Source: an uncultured Ruminococcus sp.
GTDB lineage: Bacteria > Bacillota > Clostridia > Oscillospirales > Acutalibacteraceae
Assembly (NCBI GenBank): GCA_902776185.1
Contig: CACYPH010000004.1
Span: 6,982 to 70,981 of the forward strand
DNA length: 64,000 nucleotides
Direction: 5' to 3'
The notes beneath the pieces were generated by a model. It had not been told where the DNA came from. It saw nothing but the letters and a program-made list of their open reading frames with translations, and did no database searches. A program made the position numbers and the translations under genes. Positions 47,262-58,019 of this stretch are shown one piece after another (position 1 is the first letter of the stretch; every line of letters begins with the position of its first letter).

Positions 47262-49331
47262 ATGTCTAATCTGGTTATCGTTGAGTCTCCCGCAAAGGCG
47301 AAGACCATCAAAAAGTATCTCGGCGAGGGCTACGACGTTGTCGCGTCGATGGGCCATGTCCGCGATCTTCCCTCGGCACGCCTGAGCGTAGACGTCAACA
47401 ATAATTTTGAACCGAAGTATGAGATCATCAAAGGAAAGGAAAAGCTGGTCGACGAGCTGGTCACCAAGGCAAAAAGCTCCGACCGCGTCTATCTCGCAAC
47501 GGACCCCGATCGCGAGGGCGAGGCGATCTCGTGGCATCTGGCATATCTGCTGGGACTCGGTCTTGACGATATCGACCGCGTCGAATTCAACGAGATCACC
47601 AAGACCGGTATCAAAAACGGTATGGCTTCTCCGCGCACCATCAATATCGATCTGGTCAACGCTCAGCAGGCGCGCCGTATCCTCGACCGTCTGGTCGGCT
47701 ACAAGCTCAGCCCCTTTGTGTCACAGAAGATCCACCGCGGACTTTCTGCCGGACGCGTCCAGTCGGTCGCTGTTCGCATCATCGTCGACCGCGAGCAGGA
47801 GATCCGCGCCTTCAAGCCCGAGGAATACTGGACGCTCGACGCAAAGTTCATCCCCAAGGGCTCGCGCAAGGCGTTCTCCGCGTCGCTCTACGGCAACAAG
47901 GACGGCAAGCTGAAAATCAAGGATAAAGTGCAGGCGGACGGCATCCTCGCCGATCTCGAGGGCGCTGACTATATGATCACCAAGGTCAAGAACGGCACGC
48001 GCAAAAAATCCCCCGCACCACCGTTCATCACCTCTACCTTACAGCAGGAGGCGTCCCGCAAGCTCAACTTCCAGTCCCGCCGTACCATGAAGGTCGCGCA
48101 GGAGCTGTACGAAGGCGTCGACGTCGAGGGTATCGGCGCGATCGGTCTGATCACCTATATGCGTACCGACTCTCTGCGTATTTCCAACGACGCTGTCGCA
48201 GACGCTCAGAGCTACATCCGCTCCGAGTACGGCGAAAAGTATCTGCCCGCTAAACCCCGCTTCTTTAAATCCCGCGCGGGCGCTCAGGACGGCCACGAAG
48301 CGATCCGTCCCTCTACTCCGTCTATCACGCCCGCTCAGGTCAAAGCAAGCCTGACCAACGATCAGTATAAGCTGTATAAGCTGATCTGGGAGCGCTTCAC
48401 CGCGTCCCAGATGGCGGACTGCGTCCAGAAAACCACGCAGGCGGATATCGAAGCGAACGGCTATATCTTCAAGGCGGCAGGCTACAAGGTCGATTTTGAC
48501 GGATTCACCCGCCTGTATGTCGAGGGCAAGGACGACGCTGATTCCAAGGACAACCAGATCCTCTCCCTTGAGAAGGATACTCCCTGTAAATTGAAGGAAC
48601 TGATCCCGAACCAGCACTTCACTCAGCCTCCCTCACGCTATACCGAGGCGTCCCTGATCAAAGCGCTCGAGGAATACGGCATCGGCAGACCGTCTACCTA
48701 TGCCGCCACCATCTCGACCATCACCTCCCGCGAGTATGTCAAGCGCGAGGGCAAGACTTTGATCCCGACCGAGCTCGGCGAAGCATTGGCAGGCTTGATG
48801 AAAGAGCGTTTCCCGAAGATCGTCAACGTCAAGTTTACCGCCCAGATGGAGCAGGATCTCGATACCGTCGAAAGCGGCAAGACCCAGTGGGATGCGCTTC
48901 TCTCAGAATTCTATGCCGATTTTGATAAGACGCTCAAGAAGGCGAAAGCCGATATGCAGGGCGTCAAGATCCAGCTCAAGGAAGACGAGACTGATATCAT
49001 CTGCGAAAAATGTGGCAGAAAAATGGTCGTCAAGGTCGGACGCTACGGCAAATTCATCGCCTGCCCCGGCTATCCCGAGTGCAAGAATATCAAGAAGTAT
49101 GTCGAAGAAGTCGGCGTCAAATGTCCCAAGTGCGGCGGCGACGTCATCGTCAAGCGCACCAAAAAGGGCAAGGCGTTCTACGGCTGTTCCAACTACCCGA
49201 ACTGCGATTTCGTATCGTGGTACGAGCCGGTTGACGAACGCTGTCCCAACTGCGGCGATATCCTCTTCAAGCGCAAGGGCAAAAAAGGCGGCGTCTTCTG
49301 TCAGCATGAAGGCTGCGGATATAAGAAATAA
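47262..49331 (+). CDS. topA: DNA topoisomerase I
   Basis: VIVESPAKAK, DPDREGEAI, SAGRVQS, ITYMRTDS, C-terminal Zn ribbons. Confidence 0.97.
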   Translation: MSNLVIVESPAKAKTIKKYLGEGYDVVASMGHVRDLPSARLSVDVNNNFEPKYEIIKGKEKLVDELVTKAKSSDRVYLATDPDREGEAISWHLAYLLGLGLDDIDRVEFNEITKTGIKNGMASPRTINIDLVNAQQARRILDRLVGYKLSPFVSQKIHRGLSAGRVQSVAVRIIVDREQEIRAFKPEEYWTLDAKFIPKGSRKAFSASLYGNKDGKLKIKDKVQADGILADLEGADYMITKVKNGTRKKSPAPPFITSTLQQEASRKLNFQSRRTMKVAQELYEGVDVEGIGAIGLITYMRTDSLRISNDAVADAQSYIRSEYGEKYLPAKPRFFKSRAGAQDGHEAIRPSTPSITPAQVKASLTNDQYKLYKLIWERFTASQMADCVQKTTQADIEANGYIFKAAGYKVDFDGFTRLYVEGKDDADSKDNQILSLEKDTPCKLKELIPNQHFTQPPSRYTEASLIKALEEYGIGRPSTYAATISTITSREYVKREGKTLIPTELGEALAGLMKERFPKIVNVKFTAQMEQDLDTVESGKTQWDALLSEFYADFDKTLKKAKADMQGVKIQLKEDETDIICEKCGRKMVVKVGRYGKFIACPGYPECKNIKKYVEEVGVKCPKCGGDVIVKRTKKGKAFYGCSNYPNCDFVSWYEPVDERCPNCGDILFKRKGKKGGVFCQHEGCGYKK

Positions 49332-49336
49332 TCAAA

Positions 49337-49384
49337 GGCTCCCTTTGGTAAAGGGAGCTGTCGGCAAAGCCGACTGAGGAATTG
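49337..49384 (+). repeat. REP-like repeat, family A
   Basis: Identical to 8467-8514. Confidence 0.85.
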
Positions 49385-49422
49385 AACAAAAGTCGCCATT
49401 GGCGACCAACCGATATTATACT

Positions 49423-50745
49423 ATGAACTATGTCAATGTAATAGGAGCGGGACTTGCCGGCTGTGAGGCGGCGTATCAGCTCTCAAAACGCGGCGTCCAT
49501 GTCCGTCTTTACGAGAGCAAACCGCTGAAAAAAAGCCCCGCCCATCATTCCGATCAATTATGCGAGCTGGTCTGCTCCAATTCCTTCAAGGCGAACCGCA
49601 CGAATTCTGCCGCGGGGCTTCTGAAGGAAGAGATGCGTACCCTCGGCTCACTCCTCTTACAATGCGCCGATCAGTGCGCCGTACCTGCCGGAGGCGCGTT
49701 GGCGGTCGATCGCGAAAAGTTTTCCGCAATGGTCACCGACGCGATCAAAAATGACCCGAATATCGAGATCATCCCCGAAGAGATCACGTCGATCCCCGAC
49801 GATGCGATCACGATCATCGCGACCGGGCCTCTGACCCATGATGCGTTATCCTCAGCGATCGCAGATCGATTCGGCGAGAGCCTGCGGTTTTTCGACGCCG
49901 CTGCGCCGATCGTCGCCGCTGACAGCATCGACATGGAGCACGCGTTCTTTGAATCGCGCTACGGCAAGGGCGGGGGAGAGGATTACCTCAACTGCCCGAT
50001 GAACAAGGCGGAGTATGAGGCGTTCTACGAAGCGCTGGTCACCGCTGAGCGCGCGCCTGTGCATGAATTCGACGTGATGAATCCCAAGGTCTACGAGGGC
50101 TGTATGCCGATCGAGGTGATGGCACAGCGCGGCGAGGACACCATCCGTTTCGGTCCGATGAAGCCTGTCGGACTGCGCGATCCGCGCACCGGACATCGCC
50201 CATGGGCAGTCCTGCAATTGCGCAAGGAGAATGCCGCCGCGACCATGTATAACCTCGTCGGTTTCCAGACCAACCTGAAATTCGGCGAGCAGAAGCGCGT
50301 GTTTTCCATGATACCCGCGCTGCATGATGCGGAGTTCCTGCGCTACGGCGTGATGCACCGCAACACCTTCATCAATTCTCCGCGGCTACTCAGCTCGGAA
50401 TATTCTTTAAAAGAAAATAAAAACCTGTTCTTTGCCGGACAGATCACCGGCGTCGAGGGCTATATGGAGAGCGCGTCCTCGGGACTGCTCTGCGGTATCA
50501 ACGCCGCAAGGCTTTTCTGCGGACAAGCGACCGTCACCCTGCCCGATACAACCATGATGGGCGCACTGTCGCGCTATATCAGCGACCCGACGGTCACGAA
50601 TTTCCAGCCGATGGGTGCGAATTTCGGCGTACTGCCGGAGCTTGAGAATCGTCCGCGCGATAAGGCGGAACGCGGTACTGCCTATGCTGAGCGTGCGCTC
50701 GGCGACCTTGTCGCTTTTATCGACGAACAGCAGATAAACATTTGA
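49423..50745 (+). CDS. trmFO: tRNA (uracil-5-)-methyltransferase TrmFO
   Basis: VIGAGLAGCEAA, ELVCSNS, VGFQT, YGVMHRN, AGQITGVEGY. Confidence 0.95.
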   Translation: MNYVNVIGAGLAGCEAAYQLSKRGVHVRLYESKPLKKSPAHHSDQLCELVCSNSFKANRTNSAAGLLKEEMRTLGSLLLQCADQCAVPAGGALAVDREKFSAMVTDAIKNDPNIEIIPEEITSIPDDAITIIATGPLTHDALSSAIADRFGESLRFFDAAAPIVAADSIDMEHAFFESRYGKGGGEDYLNCPMNKAEYEAFYEALVTAERAPVHEFDVMNPKVYEGCMPIEVMAQRGEDTIRFGPMKPVGLRDPRTGHRPWAVLQLRKENAAATMYNLVGFQTNLKFGEQKRVFSMIPALHDAEFLRYGVMHRNTFINSPRLLSSEYSLKENKNLFFAGQITGVEGYMESASSGLLCGINAARLFCGQATVTLPDTTMMGALSRYISDPTVTNFQPMGANFGVLPELENRPRDKAERGTAYAERALGDLVAFIDEQQINI

Positions 50746-50781
50746 CAACGATATCAGATTACATAAAGAAGGGATAGCGAA

Positions 50782-51801
50782 ATGAAAATCATTGTTGACG
50801 CATTCGGCGGCGATAACGCCCCCTTAGCTCCTATCCAGGGCGCGATCGAAGCGCATCAGGAATACGGCGTGGATATTATCCTCACCGGCGACGAGGCGAC
50901 CATCCAGAGGACTGCCGCAGACCATAACCTCAGCCTGAACGGTATCACCATCGTCCATGCTCCCGATGTATTCACCAACGACGACCAGCCCTCTACCATC
51001 CGCTCTAAAGCGAAGGCGAATACCTCGATGGCAGTCGGTCTGAACCTGCTCAAGAAGGGCGAGGGCGACGCATTTGTTTCCGCCGGCAACTCCGGCGCAC
51101 TCGGCGCGGGCGCGATGTTCCTCGTCAAGCGCATCAAGGGTATCCAGCGCGTTGCGTTCGCACCTGTCATGCCGAATTCCAAGAGCTATTTCATGCTCAT
51201 CGACAGCGGCGTCAATACCGACGTTCGTCCCAAGGCGCTCCAGCAGTTCGCGATGATGGGCTCGATCTATATGAACAAGGTCATGGGTTACGAGAATCCC
51301 CGCGTCGGACTTGCCAACGTCGGCACCGAGGAGCACAAGGGCGATACCCTGCGTCAGGAGACCTATGTCCTCTTAAAGGACACGCCCTCCATCAACTTTA
51401 TCGGCAACGTCGAGGGTCGCGATATCCCGCTCGACGGCGCTGACGTCGTTGTTTGTGACGGCTTTACCGGCAATATGATCCTCAAAACCTACGAGGGTGT
51501 TGCGATCGCCTTGATGAAAAAGATCAAGGGCGTCTTTATGAAAAATCTCAAGACCAAGCTTGCGGCTCTCGTCGTAAAAAGCGACCTCAAAGAGCTTAAG
51601 AAGAGCGTGGATTACGACGAGGTGGGCGGCGCGCCGGTACTTGGCTGTGCAAAGCCCATTTTCAAGGCGCACGGCTCTGCGAATGCTAAGACGATCAAGA
51701 ATGCGATCCGCGTGACGATCGATTATGTCAAGAACGACGTGATCGCCTCTATCACCGAGGCGCTGAAAGATATGGACGATACTGAGAACGAGGGTGAGTA
51801 A
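50782..51801 (+). CDS. plsX: Phosphate acyltransferase PlsX
   Basis: VDAFGGDNAP, SAGNSGA, DGFTGN, KAHGS. Confidence 0.95.
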   Translation: MKIIVDAFGGDNAPLAPIQGAIEAHQEYGVDIILTGDEATIQRTAADHNLSLNGITIVHAPDVFTNDDQPSTIRSKAKANTSMAVGLNLLKKGEGDAFVSAGNSGALGAGAMFLVKRIKGIQRVAFAPVMPNSKSYFMLIDSGVNTDVRPKALQQFAMMGSIYMNKVMGYENPRVGLANVGTEEHKGDTLRQETYVLLKDTPSINFIGNVEGRDIPLDGADVVVCDGFTGNMILKTYEGVAIALMKKIKGVFMKNLKTKLAALVVKSDLKELKKSVDYDEVGGAPVLGCAKPIFKAHGSANAKTIKNAIRVTIDYVKNDVIASITEALKDMDDTENEGE

Positions 51802-52476
51802 ATGAAAGACCTGCAAGAGGCGATCGGCTACAGCTTCCAAAATCCCGCTTTACTAACCGAAGCGCTGACCCATTCGTCCTACGCGCACGAACAACATAAG
51901 AACATGAAGTATAATGAGCGGCTCGAGTTCCTCGGCGACGCGGTGCTGTCGATCGTGGTGTCGGATTATATCTACAACCATTGTCCCAACCTGCCCGAGG
52001 GAGAGCTGACCAAGCTGCGCGCATCTTTGGTCTGCGAAAAAAGCCTGTTTGATTTTGCCAAGCAGATCGACCTCGGGTCGTATCTGCGGCTTTCTAACGG
52101 CGAACGCCGCAACGGCGGAGCAAACCGTCCGTCCATCGTATCCGACGCGTTCGAGGCGCTGATCGCCGCGATCTATCTCGACGGCGGCATGGAACCCGCA
52201 AAGAAGCACATCCTGCGCTTTGTCATCCCCGAGATCGAGAATCACAAGAACAATTCTTTCAAAGATTACAAAACCTCCCTGCAGGAGATCATCCAGAAGA
52301 ACCCCGGCGAGAGGCTCGAATACCGCTTAGTGGGTTCATCAGGCCCCGACCACAACAAGCATTTCAAGGTCGAGGTCCTGCTCAACTCCAACGTCATCGG
52401 ACGCGGCGGCGGTCGTTCCAAGAAAGAAGCGGAACAGCAGGCGGCGCGCGAAGCATTGGAGCTGATGGGCTATTAA
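51802..52476 (+). CDS. rnc: Ribonuclease III
   Basis: NERLEFLGDAVL plus a dsRNA-binding domain. Confidence 0.97.
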   Translation: MKDLQEAIGYSFQNPALLTEALTHSSYAHEQHKNMKYNERLEFLGDAVLSIVVSDYIYNHCPNLPEGELTKLRASLVCEKSLFDFAKQIDLGSYLRLSNGERRNGGANRPSIVSDAFEALIAAIYLDGGMEPAKKHILRFVIPEIENHKNNSFKDYKTSLQEIIQKNPGERLEYRLVGSSGPDHNKHFKVEVLLNSNVIGRGGGRSKKEAEQQAAREALELMGY

Positions 52477-53461
52477 ACACGCAAATGTCGCATTGTTCAT
52501 TCCGTTCAATGGCTGTCCTCACCGCTGTTCGTTCTGCGACCAGCGCAGTATCACCGGCGAGGCGTACCAGCCAACTCCGCAGGATGTCAAAGATGCGCTT
52601 GATACCGCTGTTAATTCTTTGAAAGAAAATACATACGATTCCGAGATCGCCTTTTTCGGCGGCAGCTTTACCGCCATCGACCGCGACTATATGCGATCCT
52701 TGCTCGATGCGACCGCGCCGTATATCGATCGCTTCAAGGGGATCAGGGTCTCCACCCGCCCCGACGCGATTGACGATGACGTTTTGACGCTGCTGAAATC
52801 GTACAAAACGACCTCGATCGAGCTCGGTGCACAGAGCATGAGCGATGCGGTGCTATCGGCAAACGACAGGGGACATACCGCCGACGATGTGCGAAATGCC
52901 GCCCGATTGATTCAGCGTTATGATATGGAGCTCGGGCTTCAGATGATGACCGGTCTATATCAAAGCACTGACCAACTCGACAGAACCACCGCGGAGGAAT
53001 TCATCCGCCTTAACCCTGCGACCGTGCGGATCTATCCGACGATCGTGATGAAGAATACGCGCCTCGGCGAATTGTATCAGGCGGGCTTATATCAGCCGCA
53101 GACTTTAGATGACACCGTTGATCTCTGCGCCGATCTATTGACGCTGTTTGATGAGAACTGCATCAAGGTCATCCGCGTCGGTCTGCATGATACGCCGACC
53201 CTCAGACAGGATATGCTGGCAGGTCCGTACCATCCCGCGTTCCGTGAGCTGTGCGAAAGCCGCATTATGCTCAGAAAGGCGGTCGCCCTGTTGCGGGACA
53301 AGCCCCGCGGCGCATATACACTCGCCGTCAATCCGAAAAGCCGTTCCAAAATGACCGGCAACCGCAGGGCGAACCTGATCACGCTGCACAACATGGGCTA
53401 TGAAATCAATATCACCGAAGATGATCGATTAACATTACATGATATAATAATTCTAAATTAG
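52472..53461 (+). CDS. Elp3-like radical SAM protein (start probably ATT 52472; TTG 52493 in the ORF track)
   Basis: GCPHRCSFC, FFGGSFT, STRPD, ELGAQS, GPYHPAF. Confidence 0.85.
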   Translation: MKHANVALFIPFNGCPHRCSFCDQRSITGEAYQPTPQDVKDALDTAVNSLKENTYDSEIAFFGGSFTAIDRDYMRSLLDATAPYIDRFKGIRVSTRPDAIDDDVLTLLKSYKTTSIELGAQSMSDAVLSANDRGHTADDVRNAARLIQRYDMELGLQMMTGLYQSTDQLDRTTAEEFIRLNPATVRIYPTIVMKNTRLGELYQAGLYQPQTLDDTVDLCADLLTLFDENCIKVIRVGLHDTPTLRQDMLAGPYHPAFRELCESRIMLRKAVALLRDKPRGAYTLAVNPKSRSKMTGNRRANLITLHNMGYEINITEDDRLTLHDIIILN

Positions 53462-53500
53462 AATTAAGCTACACGTTACGGCAAACGATAAGGAGAGAGT

Positions 53501-56500
53501 ATGCTCTTAAGATCACTGGAGCTGCAAGGCTTCAAAACCTTTCCCGATAAAACAAAATTGACCTTTGACAAAGGCATCACCTCGGTCGTCGGACCCAACG
53601 GCTCCGGCAAGTCGAACATTTCCGACGCGATCCGCTGGGTACTGGGCGAACAGAGTGCAAAAGCGCTCAGATGCTCGCGCATGGAAGACGTCGTTTTCAA
53701 CGGTACGGATAAGCGCAAGCGTCAGGGCTACGCCGAGGTCACCCTCACGATCGACAACTCCGACCGCCGCTTACCCTACGGCGGCGACGACGTAGCGGTC
53801 ACCCGCCGCTATTACCGCTCGGGCGAGAGCGAGTACCTGATCAACAAAGCCGCCGTCCGCCTTAAGGATATCCACGAGCTGTTCATGGATACGGGTCTGG
53901 GGCGCGACGGTTATTCGATGATCGGTCAGGGCAAGATCGACTCGATCGTTGCATCCAAAAGCGAGGACAGACGCGAGATCTTCGAGGAAGCCGCGGGAAT
54001 CTCGCGCTATCGCTACCGCAAGACGGAAGCCGAGCGCAAGCTCGCACATACCGAAGAAAATCTCCTTCGTCTGCGCGATATCGTGACCGAGCTCGAAAGC
54101 CGTATCGAACCGCTCCGCGAACAGTCCGAAAAAGCCGAGCAGTTCCTCGCATTCTCTGAAGAAAAGCGCGGTCTTGAGATCGCCCTCTGGCTCGATACGC
54201 TGAATAAAAGCTCTAAAGTCCTCCGCGACCACGAGGACAAGATCGCCGTCGCTAAGGCACAGTATGACGAGGCGGATGAGGTACTGTCCGGTATTTCCGC
54301 TGAGACTGAGGAGATCTATTCAAAGAACGGCATGATCGCCTCGCAGATCGAAGAAGTCCGCGCTCAGTCCGGCGCTTATGAGGTACAGATCGCCGAAAAG
54401 CGCGCTGATATCTCCGTTGCCGAGAACGATATCCTCCATAACAAAGACAATATCACCCGTATCCTCGGCGAGATCGAGAAAGCGGAGAATTCCACCACCG
54501 ATATCAAGAACATCGTCGACGAAAAGCTCGCCCGCATCGATGAGATCAAGGCGAAGATCGACAAGCGTCAGTCTGACTACGACGCTGTCGCCGACGAGTT
54601 GAACCATATCAACAACGATACCTCCCGCAGTAATGACGAGCTGCAGAAGCTGTCCGCGATCATCGCGTCGCTGTCCCAGCGCCTTGCCGACGTCCGTGTC
54701 ACGGATATCACCAGTGCGTCGTCGATCGATGAACTCGAGGCGCGCACCGCAGCGCTGAACGAGACCAAAGCGGCAAAAGAAGCCCAGCGCGACGATCTGC
54801 TGTCGATCAAAGAAAACTATGAAGCGCAGATCAGCAAAGCGGAAAATACCGTCAGCTCCGTTTCCAACTCCATCGAGGGCTTGGAGATGAAGCTCACTTC
54901 CCGCATGAAGAAGCGCGACGAGCAGAAGCAGATCGCTGATAACCTGCGCCTCGATGCGGATGAAAAATCCCGCCGCGCAAAGCTGCTCAGCGATCTTTCC
55001 GCAAACTACGAGGGCTTCTACAACAGCGTCAAGGTCGTCATGAAAGAAGCGAAGAAAGGCGCTGTCGGCGGTATCTGCGGACCGGTCACTACCCTGATCA
55101 AAGTACCGTCCAAATATAATATCGCGATGGAGGTCGCGCTGGGCGCGAAGATGCAGCACATCGTCGTCAATACCGACGCCGACGCCAAACGTGCGATCGA
55201 AATGCTCAAGAAGCGTGACGCAGGCCGTGCGACCTTCCTGCCGCTGACCACCATCAAACCGCATACATTAAATGAAAAAGGCCTCGACGACTGCTACGGC
55301 TATATCGGTATCGCGTCCGAGCTTTGCTCTGCCGACAAGAAGTACGAGAATATTCTCTCTAATCTGCTCGGCAGGATCGTCGTCGCAGAAGACTTATCCG
55401 CCGCGTCCGCGATCGCAAAGCGCTACGGATATCGATTCATGGTCGTCACCCTTGACGGTCAGGTTGTCAACGCCGGCGGCTCATTCACAGGCGGTTCACG
55501 TGCAAAGAATTCGGGACTTCTCTCCCGCGAGAGCGAGATCGACCGCCTGCGCAAAGAGGCGGCTCAGCTCAGCGAGAAGGCACAGGCGGCGTTTGACAGC
55601 TTCAAACAGGCAGAGAGCCAGTACGGCGCCTGCGAGGCAGATTTGCTCGGCGCACGTGCCGACCTTTCCAACGCCCAGCAGGAAGCGGTTCGCCTGAAAG
55701 CCGAGTACAACGCGTGCATAGGAGAGTTGGCAGGACTTTCCCGCGACCTCGACGATATCGACGCAGAATTGACAACCTCCGCCCAGAAGATCACCGAGAA
55801 TAAAACTGCCCGCGAGCTGGCACAGAAAGACCTTGTCCGCTTTAATGCCGAGATCGAATCCACCGAGCTGAAGATCAAAACGCTCACCGGCTCACGCGAC
55901 GAGATGGCGCAGCAGCGCGAGATCCTCGCCGATAAGCTACAGGAGATGCGGCTTGAGATACTCGCATCCGAAAAGGACGTCGATAACCTCAACGCCGAGA
56001 TCGAGACCGCTCGCCTGACCGGTGACGATCAGAAGCTCCGTATCGCGGAACTCGTGAAAGAAAAAGAAGAGATCGAGAATAATAATTCTGATATAGAAAA
56101 TAAAATCAACGCTCTGAATGAAGAGATCGCCGCGCTGACCGAGAAGGTCGCAGAAGCGGCACAGGGAATCGAGCGTCTGAACAACGAGCGTGATACGCTC
56201 GAAAAACGCTCCGTAGAGCTTCGACAGCTCGAGCGCGACAAGATGAACGAGCGCGAGCTGGCTTCCAACGAATTTTCGCGCTTAGAGGTCAAAAAAGATT
56301 CGCTCCAAAAGCAGTTTGACGACATCATCTCCAAACTCTGGGAGGAATACGAGCTGACCCGCCGCGAGGCAGAGGAACAGGCGATCGAGCTGGAGAGCAT
56401 CACCGCCGCGCGCTCGAGACTTTCCGCGCTGAAATCGAAGATCAAGGGACTTGGTTCTGTCAACGTAGCGGCAATCGAGGAATACAAAGAGGTTTCCGAA

Positions 56501-57070
56501 CGCTATACCTTCATGAAGGCGCAGGTCGACGACGTTGAAAAGTCCAAGAAAGAGATCGAAAACCTGATCCAAAGCCTGACCAAGCAGATGAAAGAGGTCT
56601 TTGTCGATTCGTTTGCCGAGATCAACAAAAACTTCACCCTGACCTTCAAGGAATTGTTTGGCGGCGGCGAAGCACGTTTGGAGCTTTCCGATCCCGAAAA
56701 CATCCTGACCTCAGGCATCGATATCATCGTCCACCCGCCCGGCAAGATCGTCGTCCACCTCGAGGCGCTTTCCGGCGGCGAAAAAGCGCTGGTCGCGATC
56801 GCACTGTATTTCGCAATCATGAAGGTTCGTCCCGCACCGTTCTGCGTCATGGATGAGATCGAGGCGGCGCTCGACGAGGTCAACGTCGACCGCTTCGCCA
56901 ATTACCTGCGCAATCTGACCGAGGATACTCAGTTTATCCTCATCACCCACCGCCGCGGTACGATGGAAGAGGCAGACGTTCTCTACGGCGTCACCATGCA
57001 GGACGAGGGTATCAGTAAACTGCTCGAGCTGCGCGCCTCCGAGGTCGCGTCAAAGCTCGGTATCAAGTAA
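53501..57070 (+). CDS. smc: Chromosome segregation protein SMC
   Basis: GPNGSGKSN, hinge GRATFLPL, LSGGEK, MDEIEAALD. Confidence 0.97.
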   Translation: MLLRSLELQGFKTFPDKTKLTFDKGITSVVGPNGSGKSNISDAIRWVLGEQSAKALRCSRMEDVVFNGTDKRKRQGYAEVTLTIDNSDRRLPYGGDDVAVTRRYYRSGESEYLINKAAVRLKDIHELFMDTGLGRDGYSMIGQGKIDSIVASKSEDRREIFEEAAGISRYRYRKTEAERKLAHTEENLLRLRDIVTELESRIEPLREQSEKAEQFLAFSEEKRGLEIALWLDTLNKSSKVLRDHEDKIAVAKAQYDEADEVLSGISAETEEIYSKNGMIASQIEEVRAQSGAYEVQIAEKRADISVAENDILHNKDNITRILGEIEKAENSTTDIKNIVDEKLARIDEIKAKIDKRQSDYDAVADELNHINNDTSRSNDELQKLSAIIASLSQRLADVRVTDITSASSIDELEARTAALNETKAAKEAQRDDLLSIKENYEAQISKAENTVSSVSNSIEGLEMKLTSRMKKRDEQKQIADNLRLDADEKSRRAKLLSDLSANYEGFYNSVKVVMKEAKKGAVGGICGPVTTLIKVPSKYNIAMEVALGAKMQHIVVNTDADAKRAIEMLKKRDAGRATFLPLTTIKPHTLNEKGLDDCYGYIGIASELCSADKKYENILSNLLGRIVVAEDLSAASAIAKRYGYRFMVVTLDGQVVNAGGSFTGGSRAKNSGLLSRESEIDRLRKEAAQLSEKAQAAFDSFKQAESQYGACEADLLGARADLSNAQQEAVRLKAEYNACIGELAGLSRDLDDIDAELTTSAQKITENKTARELAQKDLVRFNAEIESTELKIKTLTGSRDEMAQQREILADKLQEMRLEILASEKDVDNLNAEIETARLTGDDQKLRIAELVKEKEEIENNNSDIENKINALNEEIAALTEKVAEAAQGIERLNNERDTLEKRSVELRQLERDKMNERELASNEFSRLEVKKDSLQKQFDDIISKLWEEYELTRREAEEQAIELESITAARSRLSALKSKIKGLGSVNVAAIEEYKEVSERYTFMKAQVDDVEKSKKEIENLIQSLTKQMKEVFVDSFAEINKNFTLTFKELFGGGEARLELSDPENILTSGIDIIVHPPGKIVVHLEALSGGEKALVAIALYFAIMKVRPAPFCVMDEIEAALDEVNVDRFANYLRNLTEDTQFILITHRRGTMEEADVLYGVTMQDEGISKLLELRASEVASKLGIK

Positions 57071-57089
57071 ACTATCCAAAGGTGATATT

Positions 57090-58007
57090 ATGGGATTATT
57101 CAGTAAATTAAAATCCGGATTAAAGAAAACCCGCGATGCGGTCGTCGGTCAGATCGACTCGATGCTCAAATCGTTCACCAAAATCGACGAGGAGCTGTTT
57201 GAAGAACTCGAAGAACTGCTCGTCATGGGTGACGTCGGCGTTGCGACCGCCACCAAGATCTGTGACGAATTACGTGATCGCGTCAAGCAGAAGGGCATCA
57301 AAGATCCCGCTCTCATCATGGACGAGATCGCCGAGCTGTCAGCTGAGATGCTGTCGGGCGATAACGAGATGGTGCTGAACACCAAGCCCTCCGTGATCCT
57401 TGTCATCGGCGTCAACGGCGTCGGCAAGACCACCTCGATCGGCAAGCTCGCGTCTTATTATGTCAAGCAGGGCAAGCGTGTGACCCTTGCCGCCGCGGAT
57501 ACCTTCCGTGCCGCCGCGATCGATCAGCTCAAGATCTGGGCAGACCGCGCAGGCGCAGATATCGTCGCGCAGGGAGAGGGGAGCGATCCCGCCGCTGTCG
57601 TATTTGATGCGATCTCCTCTGCAAAGGCAAAGGGCAGTGATCTGATCATCGTCGACACCGCGGGCAGACTGCATAATAAAAAACATCTCATGGACGAACT
57701 GGCAAAGATCCGCCGCGTGATCGACCGCGAGCTGCCCGACGCCGACAAGGAATTCCTGTTGGTGCTCGACGCCACCACCGGTCAGAACGCCGTCAATCAG
57801 GCGTCCGAATTTGCCAAGGCGACCGGTATCTCCGGCATCATCCTGACCAAGCTCGACGGTACCGCCAAGGGCGGCGTCGTTTTAGCTATCAAGGACGTCC
57901 TCGGTATCTCCGTCAAATTCATCGGCGTGGGCGAGAAGGTCGATGACCTCCAGCCCTTCGAACCGCTCGAATTTTCCAAGGCGCTTTTCGTCAAGGATGC
58001 AGAATAA
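57090..58007 (+). CDS. ftsY: SRP receptor FtsY
   Basis: GVNGVGKTT, DTFRAAA, DTAGR, TKLDGTAKGG. Confidence 0.97.
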   Translation: MGLFSKLKSGLKKTRDAVVGQIDSMLKSFTKIDEELFEELEELLVMGDVGVATATKICDELRDRVKQKGIKDPALIMDEIAELSAEMLSGDNEMVLNTKPSVILVIGVNGVGKTTSIGKLASYYVKQGKRVTLAAADTFRAAAIDQLKIWADRAGADIVAQGEGSDPAAVVFDAISSAKAKGSDLIIVDTAGRLHNKKHLMDELAKIRRVIDRELPDADKEFLLVLDATTGQNAVNQASEFAKATGISGIILTKLDGTAKGGVVLAIKDVLGISVKFIGVGEKVDDLQPFEPLEFSKALFVKDAE

Positions 58008-58019
58008 ACAACGATGATT

